Part shown: piece after piece, positions 50,550 to 60,864 of the stretch
How positions within the stretch are numbered: position 1 is the first letter of the stretch
How the letters are laid out: the number at the start of each line of letters is the position of its first letter
DNA from: Rhina ancylostomus
Taxonomy: Eukaryota
DNA length: 60,864 bases
Assembly (NCBI GenBank): GCA_030265395.1
Contig: JARFYF010000036.1
Span: 14,989,693 to 15,050,556, forward strand
Direction: 5' to 3'
Made by a program: the position numbers and the translations under genes
The notes under the pieces: model-generated
What the model was told of the DNA's origin: nothing
The model's input: the letters and a program-made list of their open reading frames with translations, nothing else
Database searches by the model: none

Positions 50550-51640
50550 ATGGTTAAGTACAAACAGCCAGCATTCCTAGTGTTTCCTTTTTATTAATTT
50601 TGGGCCCACTTAGCATCCCAACTACTTTTACTTTGATGACAGCCTCTTCCTTCATGAAGTTAAATGCAAGATACACATACTCACCCATGCCCTTTACATC
50701 CATTAGGAAATGTCCCCTTCGGAGCCAAATATGCAGACAGGCTCTTCGTTCCAACAAATCCACACCAACTATCAAGCCTCCATCTACACTAATCTGATTT
50801 TTTTCCTCTTGCAAACTGGTCCCAATGCAGCCCACTCTTTCTCATTTATCAAAAACTTTTGGCGTCCCTTTTATGCTAGTTGCCAAGCTATTTTCTTATT
50901 CCCTCTGTGTCTTTATTTCCTTTTTACCTCTTCTCAGAGCTGCTGTATTCAGCCTGATGCTCACATGTATTATCAACCAAATTTCAATCATTTGTCCCTT
51001 CTTTCTCTATCTCTTTGTCACCAAGTGCCACAATGTTGATCGAGAGCAAACTCACAGAGAACCCAAATGCGGCACACCGATACAAGACTGGAGTCAGAAT
51101 ACTTCCTCGGGACAAACGCAGGCAGTAACTGGAAGGAATCTTGCCTTGGAGATCAGAAGAGGAGTCCCAACACGAACTGGATCTTCACAAAGGAATAGAG
51201 AACACCGGACTGCTCCAGAATATTGGTCTACCTTTGGGTATACTTTGGCTCCTAGTTGCTTAGAGTGGTTTACTCTAGAGCAGTCCTGTGTTCNNNNNNN
51301 NNNNNNNNNNNNNNNNNNNNNNNNNNNNNNNNNNNNNNNNNNNNNNNNNNNNNNNNNNNNNNNNNNNNNNNNNNNNNNNNNNNNNNNNNNNNNTGTTTGA
51401 TTCCAGTATGTACAAGTGAGATCAGTCTTCTGTCTGCAATGCACTAATATTGGTTGCCTTCCATTTAGGTATTTTTACCCTGGTGTGCCCTTTGTCCTTT
51501 TCCATAACAAATCTAAATATCATGATATCATCACTGAACTGTAACTGTTCTTCCCCCGCCCCCAAACTGACACTTTTTTATTTGACCAACCTTGACTTAT
51601 AGAATAATCAACCACTGCGGCCCTAAATCTTATGGAATGC
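50550..51640 (-). mobile_element. Decayed CR1 fragment interrupted by an unrelated insert (~51030-51393)
   Basis: Reverse CR1 ORF2 motifs on both sides (aaatgcaagatacacatac, aagctattttc, tttccataacaaatctaaatatc). The intervening sequence has a different composition and ends in a 100-N gap. Confidence 0.5.
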
Positions 51641-52074
51641 ACACAAACCATCATGAATATTCGAGGGACAAAACTCTACCTCCTTCCTCTTTTGAATCAC
51701 CCAAATCAAATTCCTGACTCCAGTGCTTTGTTAATTTTATTCTCTGCAAATTCACTCTATGGAAAGCAAAACCTGTTTTCAAATACTGAAAATATTTTCT
51801 GTATCTTGGTAACATCGACCATTCTTTAGTCTATGTTACTGATATATTTGTTTCTTATTATTGTTCCAATAACCTTTCCTTCATTGCCAATTTATTCTGG
51901 CACTGGCTCATTCTTCATCCTGCAAAGTGAACATGGGCAATTGACTAGGAGAATGAGTGTGACTTTGAGACTGCTAGCCAAAGACAAGGCACCTCTGGAG
52001 AACAAGCACATTCATTGTTCCCAGAACATTTCACAGTGGCTCACCATCAATAAAGGACAAGGCACAATTAAATA

Positions 52075-52366
52075 GATAAGATTTCTTTATTAGTCACATG
52101 TACATCGAAACACACAGTGAAATGCATCTTTGTGTAGAATGTTCTGGGGCCAGCCCACGAGTGTCGCCATGCTTCCAGCACCAACATAACATGCCCACAA
52201 CTTCCTAACCTGTACATCTGTGGAATGTGGGAGGAAGCTGGAGTACCCGGAGAAAACCCACGCAGACACGGGGAGAAAGTATAAACTCCTTATGGACAGC
52301 GGTGGGAATTGAACCCAGGTTGCTGGCGCTGTAATAGCGTGACGCTGACTGCTACACTACTGTGCC
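52075..52366 (-). mobile_element. tRNA-derived V-SINE, copy 2
   Basis: Same organisation as 31227-31505: B box GGTTCAATTCC, V-domain, tail gatgtacatgtgactaataaagaaatcttatc. Confidence 0.88.
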
Positions 52367-55300
52367 ACTCATAGGACATTTCAAATCGTTAGTAACTGTT
52401 GGAATTCAGAGTTTTAGGGAAGAATGTTTATAGCAAGAAAATTCTGGATAAATCATCTTTTACCGCAAATGCACCAAAATGGTCAATGGTTTGTTTTGGT
52501 GACAGGAAAGAAACTTCCTTTTACTAGGATTTTCTGGAATCTGGTTAAAAATGGCTCTGGTAAAAGGAAAGCTTTCGCTCAGGTAATGCATTTTTCATAG
52601 CAATTTACCTTTGAACATTTATCATAATTGATACTACCGTAGAATTTATTAATTAAAGAAATTAGCTACAGATTCTTTCTCCCTTCATTACATTTTGTGA
52701 ATATTGATAAATGCTCTGTATAATATAATTGCAATGTTTCACATAGTTAGGAACAAAGAACTGTGCTGCTGCCACAATGAAGATGTGTATAATTTTGATT
52801 AATTTATAGAAATTGAGTTAAAACTGCTAAGAAACTGGGATATCAGCTGTTTTGTTTTAACAGTTAGCCCTCTTTGAGTTCCAAAATGCTTTCAGCAGTT
52901 CAAATTTGAGGTGGGTGGGGGTGCGGGAATCAGAGGTAATGCTGTGTTGATAAGGTTGTAAAGAGGTGTGTAATCAATTCCTGTTAGGAACAGAAATATC
53001 TAAAGATCAATCAGTGCTGTGAAATTGGAAGTCAGTGCTCCACAATGACCTCTCTTTTAAACTTGCACCGATGGACAACATCCTCTCCTGGGCATTACGT
53101 TCCTCACCAGAACTACGTAACGAGATTGTTCCTTACTTATAGGCTAGATGATGGTTAATTTTCTTCTATGAGTCTAAAGTGTCCAATGGTTTCAATATTT
53201 GTTTTCATTTTTAGAGGTATATCAGTACTGACATGGTAGGAGGATTTTTTTTCCTGATTGCAGTAAACCTGCAGTAACTAGCTGCTCCTCATTGTCAGTG
53301 CCATAGAAGATACATTCATTTACTTTGCACCTCATGTGAGAACATTAAAATTTGTTTGACAATGCAGATGCTCAGAGCTCAATTCATAACATTAACGTCC
53401 AAGGCCAATTGCTCCCATTGCCTGCTAAACATGCATCTGTCATTACAATGCACTTTCCCTTTAAGAGGTGCGGGCTAGACTCGAACAGACGAACATTAAG
53501 TGGAGCCAGCAACTCATGATATCCACCCCTCTGTTACAGATATAATGGTTAGCACTGGCATCCCAGTTTTTAAAATAGAGATTGGTAGGATGAACAGAGG
53601 AAAAACAATCCCTCTGCTAAATCATCAATTTACAATTGTCACAGAGCAAGTGACAAAGATTNNNNNNNNNAATGTATACACAATATAAAAGTAAATTACA
53701 CAAATTAAAACCAAACAAATGCTGGAGACAAGTAACAGGTCATCAGCAGCCATAAGACAAAAAGTGAGAATGTGATTGGAACAAAATTCTACAGCCAGAA
53801 TATTCCTGATGTACAAATAGTCTACCGCACTTCTGTACACTTACCACTCACTATTCCATGACAGGCACATTACGCAGGCACTTTGTAACACCCTCTATGG
53901 CACATTTCCCTATTTCCTCAAAAGGACCCAATGCATAACTAATGCCAGCAGGGCATAAGGACTAATCCATCAGTTCACAGCTGGAGCAGAGAGTAATGGC
54001 TAATGCTTGTGCTGTTGCGACATAATCCATCCCAAGCCAAGGCAGAACGATCTTTAAAGATGACGGTTTGCAAATTCCTGATTATTCCTCTCTACTCTGA
54101 CTCTTCCTTTATCCCACAATTTCTTCTGAGATTGTATTCAATATCCTTCTCAGGTCCAGCCACAACTCCTTGTTGAGCCAAAAGAATGAATCAATTTTTT
54201 CTAATGAATCAATGTAGTTCTTTCAAACAAGCCAAAGTGCAATTTGGTCATCAACAAACCTACTACTCACTGGAGAGCTTCTTAAATAGTACAGGTCATA
54301 GTGTGCGTTAGTTCTTCCTGCTGCGAAATGCAAGCTTTCTTATACATGATTATCACATGGCATTGGCTATGTCGTTGCAGCTCACTTTAGTGGAGTTGCA
54401 GTCAAAGTCACCCTTGCTCAAGGATTACTGTCATCAGCTGTCTATTCTGCCTACTTCTTGTTGGTTGACCTGGTGCATGGGCAGTTGTGTCACAAGTTTA
54501 CTCAAAAGTGGATTTGCACAAGTTTACTCAAAAGATGTGCATTCACAATAGGTTGAGAGCAAACCAGCAGCCATGTGGTTAAGATAACAATGCCATGCAG
54601 CCTGTTTTCATGACCAAAACATTTTCATAAAACATTTGCATTGTTTTATTGCCATTTACATACCACAATTGCAATGGTTCAAATATTGTGATTAATGCCG
54701 AGCAAACGATGCTCAATATTTAATGTTTTCCATTACCATTTGCTTTGACAGTCCTCAGGAGTTTGAAACAATGCAGCACTCTAGACAGGATATCTGAGTC
54801 TTGAGTGATTAAGGCAAGTAACAATCTGAATCAGAACTCCCTAAACTAACAAGTGTTATTAACACAGTTGATTTTAAGTACATTATATACTGAAAGTAAA
54901 ATTGAGGAAAAGGAAGATGGAATGAAGGAAGTGATGGGATTAATCATTACTGATTTACTCCTAAACAACCACAAGCACTGAGAGCTTCACTGCCATTTTC
55001 CCCACAAATCACTATGAATTACATCAGATAATCCTGTTTTGCTTGTAAAAATGACATTACAGGCTGTAGAATGTGACGTAATTTTATTAAGAGATGCTGT
55101 GCTTTCCCTTTAGCTTTTTCTCCTTCCCAGTGAGGAGAACAGTAGTTCTTTAACCAATGACCAGTAATTACAGGGGTTAATGAGTGTTTCCTTCCTGTAT
55201 TCCACAATGAAGTAATGAGAAGGCAAGCAATGGGTGTTGTTAATATTAATGCAAGTATGTATTAGATGGATCTAATAATGCTATTATAAAGAATATCAAG

Positions 55301-56116
55301 AATGCATCACAGCATAAAACCATCACAAAATGAGTGACATCCAATGGTGCGTGTACTAGTGTATGGAAGGATTGATTAGCTTCAGCCAATAATCTTATTG
55401 GAGGTAGTTACTAGAATTTGATAATAATGCATTAATATTGGAAATATTCAGACACAGTCTAGCTTAATCTGGAATGCTTTCTGAACTATTTATTAAGAAG
55501 TTAGACTTTAATTCATAAGTTACACAATTTTGCTCAGTAGAGCTTCAGTGTAAAATCCAAGTTTAAATTAAGATTCTTTTAAAATCAGGTACCTGTATAT
55601 TTGATATTTTGCTATAGTTCTGAAGATTCCCTTTAGATTTTTTTCCATTATTTTTGCCTTTAGTTGAGGTTGGATTTATGGATACCAGCAGCCTTCCTGT
55701 TCCAAAATTTATGCATCCCATGTGTCCAGCTGCTTCCACCCCTCAGCCTTACCAGTGAGTGGGCCTTCTGAACAGCCTGAGAGAACGAGGAGAACCTTGT
55801 GGTTGTATGGGCTCCCATCACACACCCAAGAAATGTCGCAGGTAAATTATTTTTAAATGCAGTCACCTTTATGAAGGCAATATTGGTACCCATATTGTGC
55901 ATGACAATTTTCCATAAAAACCAATAAAACATATGAACTTTTTATTTTGTAGCTTTATTTTAGTGAAAAATGTTGCTTGAGAACTTGTTGCTTGAAAATG
56001 TTGTTTTCCCTCAATAAGCAAACGTCTTAGTGTATCTTTAACATCTCCCTGAAAAAAGTAACAGACCATCTGTTTCACACCTAGGTGAAAAGATGACACC
56101 TTAAGTTAACTTGATA

Positions 56117-56378
56117 CAGGCAACCCCTGCATTACAGAGGGGTTGTGTTCCTAGAAAGTTCTCTATATCGTCATTTTCCGTAACATGAAGCTGTAACTGG
56201 GAATGCCTCAAGAAACATGAGCTGAAAGAAAACATAACTATTGGATTTGTTTACTTTTATTCATATAAATTCCATAAGAGTGAATTTCATTCTGTATCTC
56301 AAATTTTCGGGTAGTGATTTGTGAATTCTGTAAGTGTGAATTTCTATTACCTTAATGAACATAATGTGGGGGTCACTC
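56117..56378. mobile_element. Tigger-like MITE with TA target duplication
   Basis: TA|caggcaacccctgcatta ... taatgtgggggtcactc|TA: imperfect TIRs flanked by TA. Confidence 0.6.
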
Positions 56379-56799
56379 TAGCCTAAGCTGAAGATCAGCT
56401 GCACTCAAATTTTCTCTGCTTTCTTACGTGAGACAACTGATTAATGATAATAGGTGCAGATTCATTTCCCACCACTTTGTGGCACTGTGGTGTAAGACTT
56501 GTACGTGAGATGTTGCTTGTCTAGAGTGGGAATCGTATCAATAATGGCAGAAAGCTCTCTCAGAGTTAAAAATTAACCTGTCATTTTACGAAGCTGGTAA
56601 TTTATTAAATCTGTTCATTTTGTGGAATATAAATACATCCCTGGAAGAATTATTTTCATAGGTTCTACACTGAAATGACGTTGCAATGGTGCTTTAAGGA
56701 CACAAGAAAATCAATGAAATGACAACAGATAGCTCTATACTGATAGCAATAAAATAAATTCTGCAGCACAGAGAGAAACTTTTCATCTTCTTTTTTCAA

Positions 56800-57220
56800 T
56801 GGCTGTTTATCCCAGTGGTAATAATTCCACCTGAGTTCTACTCAGTTCAAGTTTTACTGAAGAAGTAGGTCACATCGAAGGCTAACATAACTGATATTTC
56901 AATGCTCCTTTGAGACAGTTATTGCATTTTTGTCATCTCTCAGATCAGTTGTTAAACTAATATCCTGGCAACTGTTCAAGTGGCTGGAGAGGACATCCCT
57001 TGATATTATTTGGGGAAAAAGAGCAGTGAGTTTTCTTCGTACCATGACTGACATGTATCTCAGCCCACATTAAGAAAACAACAATTTGTTATTTATCTCA
57101 TTGCTTTTTGTGGGATCTTTCTAAATGCAATTTGTTGCTCTCTTTGTCAACAATGTAAAAGTGCCGTGAGGGATTTGGAATATACTGAGGACAGGAAAGG
57201 TAATGTACAAATACAAGTTA
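56800..57220 (+). mobile_element. Full-length decayed DeuSINE (SacSINE1-like)
   Basis: Decayed tRNA head (cagtggta..gttcaagt), Deu-domain landmarks (tcagat..gttaaac, aagagcag, atctcattgctttttgtgggatct) and tail ctgagg..gaaaggtaatgtacaaatacaagt, collinear with the recalled consensus. Confidence 0.6.
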
Positions 57221-59261
57221 CCTCAATGTGTAATAACTCAAGCATAGCAGGAGTATGACACGACATAGCTTCAAATGCACAATCTAACCTGGAAAATCGC
57301 TGTCTTGCTTAGTTTCCCAGTGTTGATACTCTACTTGATGGTAGTGCTACTGTAGTAGGCAGATGTGATTAAGAGTTCAGTGTTTATAGGTAAAGGGGAT
57401 ATTGTTGTTAACTTTAGAAATGCAAACCTCCCCAGATTGCAGTTGGGGTTAACTTCTCTGGAGTGCTTGTCATCAAGGGAAAAAGATCCAGGTTTTCAGA
57501 ACACTCAACAGATTGCAGATTGATGATACAGTCTACTCACTATTTTGTGGAGACTGTTGGGGGATGTCTGACATTTCGGGAAACAACTTCCAAGGCAACA
57601 GCACAATTAAGCCATGTGGCAGAATCACTTCCAAAAAGTTCAAGAATTCCCTAAAGTTCAAGAATGCCTGAAGTAATAGAAAATATGCATCAATTTAGAA
57701 ATATAATGGTAAAGCTAACCATTATGGCCAATTGGAGATTTTTTCAGAGTTAATTATTGGAAGACAGTGTAAAGGTTTTAATAGAACAACATCCATGCTA
57801 ATCCTTCATTCTCTCAATTCTAGTTAGAAGTGCTTCTTTGTTACTTTAGTCCCTTGCATTGAAGTGAATTGCAAGTCATCAGCATAAGAATAGGAAGCAG
57901 TTCAGTTTTGCAGACATCAGTAAAACCAAAATCTCACTGACATTCTGTCAGATCCGTTCACCTATTGTTTGTGACTTCACAATTACTCTAGCATGAGTAA
58001 TCTTTGCCTATCACTTATACAGATGATCCTCCAGATAATAACCATGGTTGCTTTGGTGCCTTTAAGGGTTTAAGCTTAAAGTGATTGTTCCTCAGATTTC
58101 ATTGTATTATTTGAAGGACATTGAAAATTCTGACACAAATGTGACAGATTAGTTAAACTACTTTTTTTAAAAGACACAACATTTAGACTCTGGCCCCACA
58201 TTGTGCCTCTGGCAAGCTGCCATTGCAGGCTGTGTGATACATTGGCAGAATGCCAGAGTGATAAAACTATATCATAGTTTTAACAGAAGTGTTTTATCTC
58301 AAATACAGTGTCATAAACACAATAAAACAATTAGCTTGTGCCATTGAGCCTGTCTGACAGTGAAAACGTGCAGCTTTGCCCTTGAACCATTAACTCATTC
58401 AACCGCCTGCTGTGTCTGCTGAGAGACTTGTGTTTCTTACAGCTTCACTAGACTGGCGGCTGTAAACGTGTGTTTCAAGTTCACTTTTGTTTTGAATTAG
58501 CTGATCTGAAAAAGAAATTGGTAAAAGTCTTTATTGAATTACATTGGGCTGAGAGTGCACACTCTCCCCAGGAATGTGACATTGATAAACATTACAATTT
58601 TATTATGCAGCCACTCCAGTCGTCTTCACTGATCTCAAAAGTAGACGATAGACATTACCTTTCCAAAGTCACTTGAGAAATTATATGCTATTTTATCCCA
58701 AGATATAATGCTTACTTAAAATTGGCTATCTATCAGTCATTTATCACTCAGTGCCAAGAAGTTGAATACATTGTTGTATTGTTCCAGTGGAAAATCCTTT
58801 ATAGTGAACTTAATGACTGGTTTAATGGAACTCAAATTATGGGAGGAATTCACTCTACGATGATTATTTGGTCCTTCCCTCAGAGGATAAACTAAAGGAA
58901 TGATACAAAACATTGCTCTTTCTCAGAACTCTGAATCAAATACAGCACACAAGTTCATTTGTTGAATTCTTGCTCTGCTCAGCCCAAGCATGTATTGCAT
59001 AATTTATTGAAATTCCCTTAGCTCAAATGTGGGTAGATGGGAAGTTTCGATAAGTACAATGGTTGGCATGGACATGATGGGCTGAAGGGCCTCTTTCTAT
59101 GTTGTACACTCATAGAGTCAACTGTACAACTCTATGACTCTATGATATCTTGGATCCAGATTTCAGAGAAAAAATGTTACACCTTTGTCAGATTTAAGTA
59201 CATGTGTACAGCATTTTGCAATCTTATAGTTTATATCTCCAATCTTACACATTTGGACTAT

Positions 59262-59873
59262 TGTAGCGACTTACCTTTCACGAACCGGCTCCCACAATCG
59301 CGAGTGTCGTCGGAGGCCCCGAAACAAGATGGTGCGGGACACTCCTTCTTTGTGGGCTAGTGGAGCCTGCGTGCGGGAAGGTCACATGACCTGCGCATGA
59401 CGTCAGCGCGGGATCGGTGTTTATTAAAGGGGCAGCGCACCCCAGTCATTCATTCGACTCTTGGACTCCAAACAAGTGTCCCGTGTCTTTANNNNNNNNN
59501 NNNNNNNNNNNNNNNNNNNNNNNNNNNNNNNNNNNNNNNNNNNNNNNNNNNNNNNNNNNNNNNNNNNNNNNNNNNNNNNNNNNNNNNNNNNCCGCCGGTA
59601 TCGCCGGTTCTGGGGGGGTGATGTGGCGACTTACCTTTCACGAACTGGCTCCCACAATCGCGAGCATCGTCGGAGGCCCCGACACAAGATAGCGCGGGGC
59701 ACTCCTTCTTTGTGGGCTTGTGGAGCCCGCGCGCGGGACGGTCACGTGACCTGCGCGTGACGTCAGCGCAGGAATGGTGTTTATTAAAGGGGCAGCGCAC
59801 CCCAATCTTTCATTCGACTTTTGGACTCCAAACAAGTGTCCCATGTCTTTATTCAGTGTAGCTAGCCGCTATG
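59262..59873 (+). mobile_element. LTR retrotransposon (Gypsy/Ty3-like): two ~252-bp LTRs, interior in a gap
   Basis: Direct repeats start TGT at 59262 and 59622. G-rich PPT-like tract at 59612-59621 precedes the 3' LTR. 4-bp target duplication CTAT at 59258-59261 and 59874-59877. 100-N gap at 59492-59591. Confidence 0.85.
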
Positions 59874-60779
59874 CTATAGTAATAATTACCCAAATGTATT
59901 CTAATTTATATGATCTGATGTCTCCTGTAAGCTCAATATCTGTTAATACTTCATCTTTGAGAATGTTTTTCTTTTGTTTGTGATTCATGCTCCTTTCCAG
60001 CATTTTATGGTTCAATGCTGGCAGTGGAAATATAAAAGGACAAAATGAAATGGATTTTCCCAAGATAGGATGACATTTTCAGGGAAAATCACACTCCTGT
60101 TGTTTTTAGTGATGAAGGAAGTACCAATATTGCTTTTTGACACCCATGCACCCAACATTTGAGGAGTCCCTGTCAAAAAATATCAACTAAATTAAACATA
60201 AACTGCACTAACATAACATTATCCTATAATAAAATTGCTATCAAAAGCACAATGCAAAATAGCTTTCAATTCTATTCTCCTTAACTCTGATCTACCCTCA
60301 ATCACAAAATTACACTCAGCAATAATCTGAGTTGCTCAAGTGATGGCAATTGAGAACAACAATTGAGAACCATGTTGAAATGTTTGCTTAAGACTGATAA
60401 GTTTGACCTGATCTGACTTGACTTAATTTTTATTTATTCACCTTATGGTACAGTGGCTGTACATTGTGTAATCAGACACTGAGCCTATTGGAGCCAGGTA
60501 GATAACAAAGGTAGAGATACCAACAAAACATCATTTATTGAAGGCAGTAAACCTTCAGCTAAGAACAATGGCTGGTGCAGCAATAAAACAAAATCATATC
60601 TCATGATATACTTTGTTCATAAAGGTACCCTTACTCTTACACACAATGACACTATTTCCCCTTTTATTGGAAGAAATACTCATACAAACAACATATAAAT
60701 ACAGACATAAATATTTAAACTATTACATAAATTTATATATGTATACATAGTTATCAACTCAGCCAATCATAAGTTCAAT

Positions 60780-60864
60780 CAACCTACTGAGAGGGTTGAG
60801 AGCTTCAAGTTCCTGGGAGTGAACATCACCAATAGCCTGTCCTGGTCAAATCACGTAGATGCCA
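60780..60864 (+). mobile_element. Rex1/Babar LINE fragment running off the window end
   Basis: Encodes ERVESFKFLGVNITNSLSWSNHVDA. Confidence 0.8.

Noticed and set aside
50825-51400. 191-aa ORF
   Set aside because: Spans an antisense CR1 fragment, an unrelated insert and a gap; chimeric with no recognisable domain.
59262-59873. CRISPR-like or satellite interpretation of the direct repeats
   Set aside because: Only two long copies, with a TSD and PPT-like tract, in vertebrate DNA; this fits LTRs.

Overview
Vertebrate genomic DNA from a gappy draft assembly. The repeat repertoire (V-SINEs, a DeuSINE, CR1, Rex1, RTE and Penelope-derived palindromic elements) points to a cartilaginous fish, probably a ray or skate relative; the taxon is an inference. 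The window holds one complete protein-coding gene on the + strand, the ZFP64 orthologue. It has six coding exons (4882-4924, 15042-15275, 30087-30257, 33362-33424, 34874-35125, 41092-42710), all introns are GT-AG and phase 1, and the CDS is 2382 nt (793 aa) if the 29-N gap in exon 6 is correctly sized. The protein has an N-terminal CCHC finger, ten C2H2 fingers and a long Ser/Thr/Gln-rich tail. A CpG-rich promoter with paired ETS sites precedes exon 1. The rest is mostly decayed transposable elements, a short-LTR retrotransposon with a 4-bp target site duplication near 59.3-59.9 kb, and a repeat-poor 52.4-58.7 kb stretch with enhancer-like motif clusters. I found no convincing novel multi-gene system. 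The best leads are a tandem splice acceptor that would create a stop codon at exon 2, a C-terminal extension of about 100 aa, Penelope-derived fold-back elements with decayed hammerhead cores (one enclosing an inverted copy of neighbouring DNA), and a V-SINE with a Rex1-type tail. Comparisons to human ZFP64 and to repeat consensuses are from memory, not from searches.
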